Positions 1 through 9,481 of a DNA stretch of 64,000 nucleotides are shown piece after piece. Position numbers and translations under genes: made by a program. Source of the stretch: Akkermansiaceae bacterium (GTDB taxonomy: Bacteria > Verrucomicrobiota > Verrucomicrobiia > Verrucomicrobiales > Akkermansiaceae); assembly GCA_051251915.1 (NCBI GenBank), contig JBPOGF010000009.1, forward strand, positions 1 through 64,000. The letters run 5' to 3'. The first letter of the stretch is position 1. Each line of letters opens with the position of its first letter. Below the pieces are notes generated by a model. It was not told the DNA's origin and made no database searches. It worked only from the letters and a program-made list of their open reading frames with translations.

Positions 1-176
1 AGAGTGTCCTAATTATGAGGCAACGCTACAGAGTATTACTAAGAGCTTCGGTGTGCTCTATTTATGAGGCAACAGGCACACGCATTTTCGCATCAAGCTT
101 TTATAAAAATAGCTGACATCACCTGTTGGAAGGTAAAAGACTAAATCTCCCCTTGTGTGGGAGCTAAAAAAGGTAG

Positions 177-623
177 ATGATAATACAAATGCAGCACGGT
201 AATATTAATAGCGAGGATATCCTTACTCAGTGTAAGGAAAGTGGACTTAGAAGGACTAAGGCCTTGGAGAGACTAGTCGAAACACTGCTCATCAAAAACT
301 CGCCCATGACCCTAGCTGAGCTCGCGGAGCACCCAGACCTCGCAGAACTATGTGATCGAGCTACAGTGTTCCGCCTCCTACAACGCCTCACTGACAAAGG
401 CATCATCCGCAGACTCGGACTACATGAGCGCGCCGCCTACTTCACCTTACTCATCCCAGGCAGACACCAAGACTTCCTAATCTGCACCACCTGCGGAGAT
501 ATAGAACCAATCAAAGCCGCCTGCCCAGTCCACGCACTAGAGAAAGAAATCGCTACCTCCACAGGCTATGCCAACCTCTACCACGAGCTAGAATTCTTCG
601 GCACTTGCCCACAGTGTTGTTAA
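177..623 (+). CDS. Fur-family transcriptional regulator (Zur/PerR-like)
   Basis: Contains GLRRTK, the ATVFRLL helix, H-x-x-x-x-C-x-x-C (HQDFLICTTCG) and C-terminal HELEFFGTCPQC. Confidence 0.9.
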   Translation: MIIQMQHGNINSEDILTQCKESGLRRTKALERLVETLLIKNSPMTLAELAEHPDLAELCDRATVFRLLQRLTDKGIIRRLGLHERAAYFTLLIPGRHQDFLICTTCGDIEPIKAACPVHALEKEIATSTGYANLYHELEFFGTCPQCC

Positions 624-626
624 ATC

Positions 627-1523
627 ATGGATGACGACCAGCTAATAGATAGTTTTGTTCAGTTTCACGAAGTGGAAAAAAATTCCTCACCCCGGACACT
701 ACGAAATTACTCTCAAGCACTAGCTGCATTTCAAAACTTCTTAGGCAAAAAATTCCCAGGCTGGAAAAACTGTATCGCTGACGACTTCAGAGCATACCTA
801 TTTCAATGCATGAAGGATGAAGTATCACGAGCCACCATCCGACTCAGGTTCTCAGCATTGCGATCATTTTATAAGTACCTCGTGCATCGTCACGGACTGA
901 ATAAATCACCGCTCAATGACATCCAACTGCCAAAGGCAGAGCGTAAACTACCCGTATTTCTCAACCAAAAACAGATCGTTGAGTTACTTGAAATACCACT
1001 CAAACTCGAACTAGACAAACAAGCTCCAAGCTGGATGCCAATGCGTGACGCCGCCATTTTAGAGCTATTCTACTCCACCGGATTGCGCCTCTCAGAACTA
1101 GTAAGTCTTAACGTAGATGATGTGGACACTCCTAACGACTGCGTGAAAGTACTAGGTAAGGGAGGAAAGGAACGAATCATCCCCATCGGCTCATACGCCA
1201 TGAAAGCAGTGCAGATGTATCGCAGTGAGGCACAGCACCACAATGGCGCCCTATTTATCTCAAAACTCCGCAAACGCTTGTCTACACGTTCCATCGGTAA
1301 GCTTTTACAAAAGTATCTAGCAGCCTCCACCATTCCATTTAATGTCACACCCCACAAGCTTAGACATTCCTTTGCTACCCACCTTTTAGACAATGGAGCA
1401 GATCTGCGTTCAGTGCAGTCGCTCCTTGGACACGCCTCACTCTCCACGACTCAGATCTACACACACGTCACTAAGGAAAGGCTCAAGGATGCCTATGATG
1501 AGTCTCATCCGCGGGCCAAGTAA
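627..1523 (+). CDS. xerC: Tyrosine recombinase XerC
   Basis: Contains RDAAILELFYSTGLRLSEL, GKGGKER and PHKLRHSFATHLLDNGADLRSVQSLLGHASLSTTQIYTHV; ends HPRA as in XerC. Confidence 0.88.
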   Translation: MDDDQLIDSFVQFHEVEKNSSPRTLRNYSQALAAFQNFLGKKFPGWKNCIADDFRAYLFQCMKDEVSRATIRLRFSALRSFYKYLVHRHGLNKSPLNDIQLPKAERKLPVFLNQKQIVELLEIPLKLELDKQAPSWMPMRDAAILELFYSTGLRLSELVSLNVDDVDTPNDCVKVLGKGGKERIIPIGSYAMKAVQMYRSEAQHHNGALFISKLRKRLSTRSIGKLLQKYLAASTIPFNVTPHKLRHSFATHLLDNGADLRSVQSLLGHASLSTTQIYTHVTKERLKDAYDESHPRAK

Positions 1524-1527
1524 TCAC

Positions 1528-2925
1528 CTAAAAGTCTAAATAGATCTCGGTGCGGCGATTTGCTCTTCTCGCTTTCGGGTCATCAGCTCCATCTTGTTTA
1601 GTATGTTCAGGACGTCTTGGCTTACTAAACCCATGAGCCTCAGTGACGATCTGTTCTCCCTTGATCCCCTGCTCTGCCAGATACTTTTTCACAGCAACAG
1701 CACGGTCTTCCGAGAGCCCTTGGTTATAGGAGTCGCTACCTTTCCCATCAGTATGACCAGAAAGTCTTACCTTCTTGCGGTTGTCGAGCTTCAGCAAATT
1801 CACAACGATGTCTAACTGCTTTTTCGTCCTCTCAGTAAGACCTTCTGAGTCGAACTCAAAGTATATCACCAACATGTCACCGCCATTTGGATTCTTGATC
1901 AATGGAGTGTAATAAACATCACCACCTGCAATCCTCTTCGCGTAATCCTCGAGTAATCGATCAAGATTGATCTCGCTAATCTGCCATGGTGAGTCTGCAT
2001 TATCCCTAAGTGTGTTCACTGAAAACTGAGCATCACTGCCATCACTAGCTTTTACATTCACATAGAATGCAGACATCTGCTCAGTCATGCGAACTGCCTG
2101 AAGTGGTTTTTCTTCGTTGAGTCGATAGGCTCCATCCTCAAACAAAATACACAAACCCGCAATCTTTGCATCCGAGATAGCTCCGTCATTTGCCATCGTT
2201 CTAGCTTTTTCGAAATTTTGCCCCACAAGCGCCTTTAGGAAGTTGTTAGAAAAGATGAGCGAGTCCTTTGCCTCGAGCTCTGCATTTCGTTGTGCAATTT
2301 GCTCCGGTGTGAGCGGCACACCATTTTCATCAACATTTGAAAGCGGCAACATAACCTGGTCGATCTGCCATTTTCCGTCATTCTGCCTAGTCGTTTGTAA
2401 TTGGATCTTAGAAGTATCGCTCAGATATAACGCCCAGCGAGAAATTTTTCCCGCCTTGATTTCTCCAAGTAACTCCATCGCTTCGCCATCACGAAGCTTT
2501 ATCCTATTTTCCTGATAGAGCTTATTCAGGTGCGCTAACTGTTCACTATCTACCTTCCCATTCCCCAGCATTTTTGCTAAATCTTGAATGTCCCTTTCAG
2601 AATCGATCTGTGCCATTTTCTTCATCACATGGCCCACTAGCTCCTTAGGATCATCAAATTTCATATCCATCCCCATGCGTTCAGCCACCTCATCCACTGT
2701 CGGCTTCACCACCTCATTATCTGGAATATCCATTTGAAGACTAGCATCGGATTCTACGTCAGCTTGACCCTCAGGTATTTCATTATTTGTGCCGACAGTA
2801 GTAACAACAGTTTCTTCTTCATCACTCGACTTAGAGAGATATGATAAACCAAGGAAGGTACCTACCCCAAAAGTGACTGCCACAAGTCCGAAAACGATCG
2901 TCTTTGTTAATGGTTGAGCTGACAT
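1528..2925 (-). CDS. Membrane-anchored protein with C-terminal OmpA-like peptidoglycan-binding domain
   Basis: N-terminal TM helix; C-terminal IYFEFDS, GHTDGKGSDSYNQGLSEDRA and NRRTEI motifs. Confidence 0.85.
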   Translation of the reverse strand: MSAQPLTKTIVFGLVAVTFGVGTFLGLSYLSKSSDEEETVVTTVGTNNEIPEGQADVESDASLQMDIPDNEVVKPTVDEVAERMGMDMKFDDPKELVGHVMKKMAQIDSERDIQDLAKMLGNGKVDSEQLAHLNKLYQENRIKLRDGEAMELLGEIKAGKISRWALYLSDTSKIQLQTTRQNDGKWQIDQVMLPLSNVDENGVPLTPEQIAQRNAELEAKDSLIFSNNFLKALVGQNFEKARTMANDGAISDAKIAGLCILFEDGAYRLNEEKPLQAVRMTEQMSAFYVNVKASDGSDAQFSVNTLRDNADSPWQISEINLDRLLEDYAKRIAGGDVYYTPLIKNPNGGDMLVIYFEFDSEGLTERTKKQLDIVVNLLKLDNRKKVRLSGHTDGKGSDSYNQGLSEDRAVAVKKYLAEQGIKGEQIVTEAHGFSKPRRPEHTKQDGADDPKARRANRRTEIYLDF

Positions 2926-2985
2926 AATTTATGAAGTTGGATCGGTTCCTAGGATATATCTAGTAGTTTTATTTAAATTGTATAC

Positions 2986-3837
2986 CTATTCTGCTGAGTG
3001 ACCTCTCGTTACAGTTCCAAGTAAATCGTCATTTGGCACCATGATGAAGCCACCGTCCTTCGTCATTAGCTTAGTGGTAACTGGTCCCACACCTGCTACC
3101 TTAGCCTCTTCTCCTTCAAAAATAATGGTGGTTCCTATTTTATAAAGATCACGCGCATAGACACCAGATACAATCTGGCCAGCCATTCTCTTCAGCCCTA
3201 AACCTAAGCAAATCGCTAACCCTAGCCCAAGTGATGCCAGAATGATCTTCACTGATGCATTCAACAGTTCAGTTTCTATCTCAAGCTGGCTAAGTGCTAC
3301 GGTAAGCACGAGGATGAAAATAAATCCAAACAAAATACCCGCCAATGCCCGAGCATACTCTAGACCTAGATTATCCAGAGACTTATGAACTACACTTTGA
3401 ACCATGTCCGCCACCATAAATCCAACAAGCATTATGATCGTAGCAATGAGAACTTTCGGCAGGAAGGCGACTATCTTATTAATGATATTAGAGATATCCT
3501 CAATGCCCATTAGATCCGCCGCATTCTTAAAGATGAAGAGCAGGATAACCCAAAATATAATCTTAGCGAGCAGATTACTGACGCCGTTTTTCACCCCTAT
3601 TTTATAAGATACAGCCCCTACACCAACTTTATCCAGAAAGTCGTTAAACTTAATACCTTCTAGAAATTTTTCGACCACTTTTCTCAAAATAGTCGCGATG
3701 AAAAAACCCACAATCAGGATAATGAGGCCCATTGCTATGTCCGGCAACCCAGTGATAATGCTGTTAAACATCTTCTCGAAAGTTCCGATGAGTGTATCCA
3801 AAAATGACTGATTGCTCGCTATTGTGCTTGTGTTCAT
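2986..3837 (-). CDS. MscS-like / TM-helix-repeat membrane protein (CmpX-like)
   Basis: Repeated 'LPxxxxAxIILxVG' TM-helix units followed by an MscS beta-domain (GQIVSGVY...IMVPN). Confidence 0.8.
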   Translation of the reverse strand: MNTSTIASNQSFLDTLIGTFEKMFNSIITGLPDIAMGLIILIVGFFIATILRKVVEKFLEGIKFNDFLDKVGVGAVSYKIGVKNGVSNLLAKIIFWVILLFIFKNAADLMGIEDISNIINKIVAFLPKVLIATIIMLVGFMVADMVQSVVHKSLDNLGLEYARALAGILFGFIFILVLTVALSQLEIETELLNASVKIILASLGLGLAICLGLGLKRMAGQIVSGVYARDLYKIGTTIIFEGEEAKVAGVGPVTTKLMTKDGGFIMVPNDDLLGTVTRGHSAE

Positions 3838-3852
3838 GATTTGTTATAAAAT

Positions 3853-4104
3853 TTATGCTTTGTAGTTAATCTCCTCGCCCCCGATCACACAGCCAAATGA
3901 AGCCCCTATCAGGCCGTGAATCGCAGTACCAAAACTCATGAAGACAAACGTTGTGGTATCTTTGGTAATGTTTTCAAACATCGCTCGATCCGCAATTCGT
4001 TCAATTCTCTCAAAGTTAGCCTGAAGCTCAACTTTCCAGCCTGCTTGTTGAAAGAGATCTTTTATTTTTGCCTCCTCGACTTGATATGTTTGGTCGTCAA
4101 TCAT
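3853..4104 (-). CDS. Small protein, putative CrfX-like anti-sigma factor
   Basis: 83 aa; ATGA overlap with the ECF sigma stop codon; C-terminal hydrophobic stretch; position between sigma and cmpX-like genes. Confidence 0.5.
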   Translation of the reverse strand: MIDDQTYQVEEAKIKDLFQQAGWKVELQANFERIERIADRAMFENITKDTTTFVFMSFGTAIHGLIGASFGCVIGGEEINYKA

Positions 4105-4709
4105 GAATCAGTAGTCTCCTTCGCATAGAATAGTTTAAAAGAATCTAAAGCGCGATACAATCTCATTTTAGCTGCAGACAACCCTATCTCCATAACCTCA
4201 GAGATTTCTTGTATTGTCATCCCAGTGGTGAATTTCATAACCAGAATCTCTCGTTCTAGCTCTTTCATTTTGTTCATGGATAACTCTACCTTTTCCGCTA
4301 TTAGCGATGATTTGGGAGCTTCTATATGATCAGGCTCTAGTTCTACCACTTGCTTTTGGTAGGCTTCTTTACCTTCTCGTTTTCTCGCTAGCTTGGAAAT
4401 TCTATTTCGGCAGTAATTCTGCACTATTTTATAAAGCCATGTCTTGAACGCAGAGCGACCTTCAAACTGGTGAATCTTGTGGAATACTTGGATCAACGCA
4501 TCTTGCGCTACTTCCTCTGCATCCTGCTTTGAGCCAATGTATTTGGCACAAGTATTATAGACCAATCCCTCATACCGGCGGAGAAGTTCTCTATACGCCG
4601 TGAGATCAGATGGTAACTCTTTCTTACAAAGCACGACGATTTCGGAATCGGATAAATCTTCCAATCCCTCCACGCGTCTAGATGCTAATCTTCTGAGTGC
4701 TTCGACCAT
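4101..4709 (-). CDS. ECF RNA polymerase sigma factor (SigX-like)
   Basis: Region 2 (DAEEVAQDALIQVF...FEGRSAFKTWLYKI) and region 4 (IQEISEVMEIGLSAAKMRLYRAL). Confidence 0.9.
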   Translation of the reverse strand: MVEALRRLASRRVEGLEDLSDSEIVVLCKKELPSDLTAYRELLRRYEGLVYNTCAKYIGSKQDAEEVAQDALIQVFHKIHQFEGRSAFKTWLYKIVQNYCRNRISKLARKREGKEAYQKQVVELEPDHIEAPKSSLIAEKVELSMNKMKELEREILVMKFTTGMTIQEISEVMEIGLSAAKMRLYRALDSFKLFYAKETTDS

Positions 4710-4844
4710 GATGAGGTGAGTAAAAAGAAACTATTCAGCTTCTTCGTCCGTAGCATGAGTGACAAAATGTTATTTAGCAAAAAAAAACTTACCTCTGATG
4801 CTTTTACTTTGTCATTCATAACAAGAGATTTTATGCTCCGCAGT

Positions 4845-5297
4845 ATGTTCAACATCGTCATGGTTCATCCCGAGATTCCACACAACACTGGAGCAGCTGG
4901 TAGACTGGCTCTCGCCACTGGGGCTACCCTGCATCTAATAGAACCCTTGGGATTTGAAATCGACGACAAGGCAGTAAAACGCGCAGGACTAGACTACTGG
5001 AAAGACGTCTCGGTAAAAACATGGAGTTCATGGACTGAGTTCGAATCCCAACTTCATGACGACGCTCGGCTCTTCCTTCTGACCACAAAATCTAGCAACC
5101 CATATTGGGATAAGCAGTTTTGCGCTGGCGACTACCTTGTATTCGGCAGAGAAACGAAAGGTCTAGATGAAGAACTCATCAAAAAACACGGGGAAAACGC
5201 GATCACTATTCCCATGACCGCAGGCAGCACGAGAAGCCTAAATTTAGCCACCAGCATCGGCATCGTGCTTTACGAAGCCTACAGACAAAACGCCTAA
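4845..5297 (+). CDS. trmL: tRNA (cytidine/uridine-34 2'-O)-methyltransferase TrmL
   Basis: SPOUT motifs PEIPHNTG, KRAGLDYW, LVFGRETKGL and RSLNLATS; start set at ATG 4845 (4833 also possible). Confidence 0.92.
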   Translation: MFNIVMVHPEIPHNTGAAGRLALATGATLHLIEPLGFEIDDKAVKRAGLDYWKDVSVKTWSSWTEFESQLHDDARLFLLTTKSSNPYWDKQFCAGDYLVFGRETKGLDEELIKKHGENAITIPMTAGSTRSLNLATSIGIVLYEAYRQNA

Positions 5298-5298
5298 G

Positions 5299-6054
5299 CT
5301 ATTTCTGCATCTCAGCAGATAACATCTCCTTCAGCTGAAGCGCTGCCTGGAGCGCAAGCTCAACTTGGCCAGGCGTGACGTAGTCACTCACCGACTCATG
5401 TGGATAGGCCATTGCAGGATGCTGCCAGACGCCCTCAGTTTTACGCCAACTGATGTCATCATTAATCGTAAATCCCCCCCCTGCACGTATCGTTATCTGC
5501 GACTTTAACTCCTCACCCTTATGCTTGAGGTTAAGCACATTGCCATCGTATTTCTTAGGTAGGAAAATGAACCTCAACGTATTAGAAAAGTCCTTCTCAC
5601 CAGCCATACTTTTAATCACCGCTGTAGGAACAGCAAGTAATGCTGACTTCGCAACTGGATTAACCTCATCTAGCTCCACGATCACAGCTGTGATAACCTC
5701 TTCATTATCACCTTTAATATCATAGTAACCAACATTAGCCCCATATCCAGGACCAGGCTCAATGGTCAAATAATTGTTAATTCCTAATGTGCTGGAAATA
5801 TGCCGTAAGAAATAATCAGAGCTTTCATCCACCGATATCACCACCTTCTCCATATCATCTTTGATCGCTGTTCTATCAAAAATCTGCGATACCTTGAACT
5901 GCTCAAGCTCAGCTTTCTCGTCCTCTGCCTTTCTAAAGTTAATATTACTTGTAACCACCCCCACAGCTAAACCAATAGGAATAAGCATAAGTATCCATAG
6001 AAATTTCTTAGCGCTCTTAGCGTTTTTTACATCTTGCTCCTCTTCTGGATTCAT
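5299..6054 (-). CDS. Membrane-anchored hypothetical protein, possibly degenerate M28 peptidase fold
   Basis: N-terminal TM; DIKG..EVI...LAVPTAVIKSM...TLRFIFL pattern resembles M28 but lacks the metal ligands. Confidence 0.45.
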   Translation of the reverse strand: MNPEEEQDVKNAKSAKKFLWILMLIPIGLAVGVVTSNINFRKAEDEKAELEQFKVSQIFDRTAIKDDMEKVVISVDESSDYFLRHISSTLGINNYLTIEPGPGYGANVGYYDIKGDNEEVITAVIVELDEVNPVAKSALLAVPTAVIKSMAGEKDFSNTLRFIFLPKKYDGNVLNLKHKGEELKSQITIRAGGGFTINDDISWRKTEGVWQHPAMAYPHESVSDYVTPGQVELALQAALQLKEMLSAEMQK

Positions 6055-6059
6055 AACTG

Positions 6060-7208
6060 CTATCCTTGTTGTGTGAGTGTAGAAATAACTTCTTTCGCCG
6101 CTCTAATATGACAACCCGGCTCGCCTAACTGAGACACAGCTTCAGCCATTTCGGACTTCACCTTCGCTGTGTGAATAGGGTCAGTGATAAATTTTACCAA
6201 TGCCTCCTTAATATGCACAGGATCCGCTTCACTCTGGATGAATTCATCTACCACTTTCTTTCCCGCAAGAATATTCACCAACCCGATATGCTCAATCTTC
6301 ACCAGCATCCTCCCTAGTAAATAAGTAGGCAGTGCAATTTTATACACTAGACAATATGGCAACCCATACCAAGCAGCTTCGAGAGTCGCTGTCCCGCTCG
6401 CAATTACTCCGCAATGAGCCGTCTGCATAAGCTTATGACTCCCGCCATCCGCTCTGCTACTCACTTGAATGTATTCACTCCCAAGCTTATTTTTATCGAT
6501 AATCTGTTGCATCAACTCAGCCAACTTCTCAGTAGCGGCTGGTGCCTCAAACCGGAGATTCTCGTTTTCATTATGCATCCTACGAGCAGCATCCACCATG
6601 ACAGGAAATAGCTTAGAAATCTCGCGCTCTCGGCTACCAGGAAATAGCCCTATCAGGTTCTTGTCCCGACTAATGTCAATTTTATTCTCCACTAACTCAT
6701 CAACAATCGGGTGTCCCACAAAAGTCGTAGGTAATCCAGAGTTTTCATATAGTGGCTTCTCAAATGGTAAAATACACAACATCTTATCAAGGATCGCAGC
6801 CATCTTAGGTATACGCCCCTTGTTCCACGCCCAAACCTGTGGACTCACATAGTAGATAATCTTTGTCGCCGGTAACGCTTCACGCACAGCTTTTGCCATT
6901 CGTAAATTATAACCTGGGTAATCAATTAATATCAGCGCATCTGGCTGGATCTGCTTGAGCTCATCAAGCATCGATATAAACTGCCTTTTGAACCAGCGAT
7001 AGTGTTTCAACACCTCCACCACACCCATGACAGCAGCATTTTCAACCCAGTCGCGGAGGTTCTCACCACCCACTTTTTTCATTTCTGGGCCACCTGCACC
7101 GTAGAACTCCACCTCACTCAACTCAGACTTGATGGCGTGCATCAGCTCAGCTCCATGGGTATCCCCACTCACTTCACCTGAGATCAGATAGATCTTCTTA
7201 GCACTCAT
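6060..7208 (-). CDS. lpxB: Lipid-A-disaccharide synthase
   Basis: Contains GEVSGD, IDYPGYNL, YYVSPQVWAW, FVGHP, PGSR and SGTATLE motifs. Confidence 0.96.
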   Translation of the reverse strand: MSAKKIYLISGEVSGDTHGAELMHAIKSELSEVEFYGAGGPEMKKVGGENLRDWVENAAVMGVVEVLKHYRWFKRQFISMLDELKQIQPDALILIDYPGYNLRMAKAVREALPATKIIYYVSPQVWAWNKGRIPKMAAILDKMLCILPFEKPLYENSGLPTTFVGHPIVDELVENKIDISRDKNLIGLFPGSREREISKLFPVMVDAARRMHNENENLRFEAPAATEKLAELMQQIIDKNKLGSEYIQVSSRADGGSHKLMQTAHCGVIASGTATLEAAWYGLPYCLVYKIALPTYLLGRMLVKIEHIGLVNILAGKKVVDEFIQSEADPVHIKEALVKFITDPIHTAKVKSEMAEAVSQLGEPGCHIRAAKEVISTLTQQG

Positions 7209-7279
7209 TTGTATGATGTAGAGGTTTCTGATTGAAAGCTCAACGATATTATTTGCTTATCAATGGCAAGTAAATAAGC

Positions 7280-7603
7280 TTACTTGAGCTCTTTGTCGAC
7301 CTTCTCACTCTCCTTAGTCAGAACATTAGCGATCGCACTTTTATCGTATTTCACGAAGACTCCTTCGGAAACTCTGAGTGACACTGTCGTATCGCTCACA
7401 GCATTCACTGCTGCATGCATTCCTCCGATAGTAACCACGTTGTCGCCTTTTTTCAAACTAGCCTGACGTAAACGGAGTGCCTTAGCACGCTTCTGCTGCG
7501 GACGGATCATCACAACCCACATGATGACGAAGAGAAGGACGAAGAAAACAAGTTGGCTCATTCCTGCGGCTCCTTGATTGGCTATAATTTCAAATGTGTT
7601 CAT
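7280..7603 (-). CDS. yajC: Preprotein translocase subunit YajC
   Basis: Contains MIRPQQKR and LKKGDNVVTIGG; follows tgt. Confidence 0.93.
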   Translation of the reverse strand: MNTFEIIANQGAAGMSQLVFFVLLFVIMWVVMIRPQQKRAKALRLRQASLKKGDNVVTIGGMHAAVNAVSDTTVSLRVSEGVFVKYDKSAIANVLTKESEKVDKELK

Positions 7604-7607
7604 TGTA

Positions 7608-8729
7608 TTATTCTTGGTTATATCGTTTTATAAATTCGGTTTTGAAAGTCGAAAATGTGCCGTTTTCTATAGCCGCTCTCGCTCTCTCCATGAGACGTAG
7701 ATAGAAATGCAGGTTATGGAAAGAAAGCAACCTCAAAGCTAACATTTCCTTCGCTCTCCATAAGTGTCGGATATAGCTACGTGAGAACCGCGCCACACTC
7801 GGATGCGTAGTCTCTGTGAGTGGACGCTTATCCATCTCAAATTCCTTATTCTTAATATGAATAGGCCCATCATCCGTAAAGGCCAGCCCATGACGAGCCA
7901 CACGCGTAGGCATCACACAGTCAAACATATCCACACCACGAGCAATCATCTCCAACATCTGAGGAGGCGTCCCCAGTCCCATCGCATACCTCGGCTTGTC
8001 CTCCGGTAAAAATGGAACTGCATTCTCGATTGCTCGGATCATCTCATGCTCAGGCTCACCCACTGAAATCCCCCCCACAGCGTAGCCATCGAAACCTAGC
8101 TCCACCAACTCACGTGCAGACTGCTCACGGAACTCGGAATAAATACTTCCCTGCACAATACCAAAATGCATCTGCTTACCATCCCCTGATTTAGGCTCAT
8201 TCTGTGCAACCCATTCCTTACAACGTTTTGCCCATCTTGTAGTCAGCGAAAGCGAGTCTAATGCGTATTTCTCATCACAAGGATACGGCGGACACTCATC
8301 AAATAACATCGCTATATCACTACCAATAGTAGCTTGAATTTCCATACTAACCTCTGGCGAAAGCATCATCTTAGAACCATCTAAATGATTCTGAAACCTT
8401 ACCCCTTCTTCCGTAATCTTACGTAATTTAGCCAACGACCATACCTGAAAACCACCAGAATCCGTCAAAATTGGCTTATCCCAAGAAGCAAAATTGTGCA
8501 ACCCACCAAACTCACGCAGAACATCCAGCCCAGGCCGCAAGTTCAAATGATAAGTATTCCCCAAAATAATCTGTGAGCCCATCGCCACCAAATCATCTGG
8601 ATGCAACGTCTTCACAGATCCCTGCGTACCTACGGGCATAAAGATAGGCGTCTCCACTACTCCATGCGCAGTAGTTAACCTACCCCGCCGAGCCTTTGTC
8701 TCAGAATCTGTTTTTATTAGTTCAAACAC
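7608..8729 (-). CDS. tgt: Queuine tRNA-ribosyltransferase
   Basis: Contains TPIFMPVGT, LGNTYHL, TDSGGFQV, GIVQG and DMFDCVMPTR. Confidence 0.97.
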   Translation of the reverse strand: MFELIKTDSETKARRGRLTTAHGVVETPIFMPVGTQGSVKTLHPDDLVAMGSQIILGNTYHLNLRPGLDVLREFGGLHNFASWDKPILTDSGGFQVWSLAKLRKITEEGVRFQNHLDGSKMMLSPEVSMEIQATIGSDIAMLFDECPPYPCDEKYALDSLSLTTRWAKRCKEWVAQNEPKSGDGKQMHFGIVQGSIYSEFREQSARELVELGFDGYAVGGISVGEPEHEMIRAIENAVPFLPEDKPRYAMGLGTPPQMLEMIARGVDMFDCVMPTRVARHGLAFTDDGPIHIKNKEFEMDKRPLTETTHPSVARFSRSYIRHLWRAKEMLALRLLSFHNLHFYLRLMERARAAIENGTFSTFKTEFIKRYNQE

Positions 8730-8854
8730 TGCATGCTTGTTACACAGGAAATTTCATCATGAACAGCCACATTTACAAAATACGCGCATTTTAGAGTATT
8801 TTTTCTTTCTAAGCCCTAACTGTTTCTCTAGGATACCACAAATAAATCACCATT

Positions 8855-9481
8855 ATGCCTAGAATTATCATTTCAGAGCCAGGTAAAACACCTCAGCCAT
8901 ATCGCCTCAAGACAGACCGCATCGTTACTAAAATCGGCCGAGGCAGCGAGAACGACATCCTCATCACCACAGGCTCAGCCTCCACTAACCATTGTAAAAT
9001 GAAGCGCGTGGAAGGCGGTTTTGTTCTAGTCGATAACAACTCCACAAATGGCATAAAGCACGAAGACACCCAATATTCTATCATTGATCTTAAAGATGGT
9101 ATGACCGTGCAAATTGGTGATGATATCGATCTTGAATTCACACTAGACGATGAAGAGAAAGAACTTCTCCAGTTAGAAGACTTCGAACCTCAGCAAAAAT
9201 CCAGCTTCCCTAAATCAAAACAACAGCCCCAGCAGGCGCCAATAGAAGATGATGACGACATCATTCTTGAAGAAGCTAAACCTAGATCTAAAAAATCATC
9301 CTCTACACGCAACGATGCCATCGACGAACCAGTAGCTCCAAGAAAAGAGAAATACTCCGTCAAGCAATCTAACGCAGGCCTCAGCTTTGTCATCTTCATG
9401 ATCCTTGCGATTCTATTCTTCGTAGGCGGACTCGCAGTGAGACACTACCAAGAGCATAAAACATTTATTTTCTCTAAATAA
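8855..9481 (+). CDS. FHA-domain membrane protein
   Basis: FHA motifs IGRGSENDI, S..H and STNG; acidic linker; C-terminal TM helix. Confidence 0.85.
   Translation: MPRIIISEPGKTPQPYRLKTDRIVTKIGRGSENDILITTGSASTNHCKMKRVEGGFVLVDNNSTNGIKHEDTQYSIIDLKDGMTVQIGDDIDLEFTLDDEEKELLQLEDFEPQQKSSFPKSKQQPQQAPIEDDDDIILEEAKPRSKKSSSTRNDAIDEPVAPRKEKYSVKQSNAGLSFVIFMILAILFFVGGLAVRHYQEHKTFIFSK

Noticed and set aside
4..73. dif site next to xerC
   Set aside because: TTGCCTCATAA loosely resembles a XerC arm, but no XerD arm (TTATGTTAAAT-like) follows at 6-bp spacing.
627..1523. Phage or island integrase
   Set aside because: Size, motifs and housekeeping context fit chromosomal XerC; no att site or cargo boundary seen.
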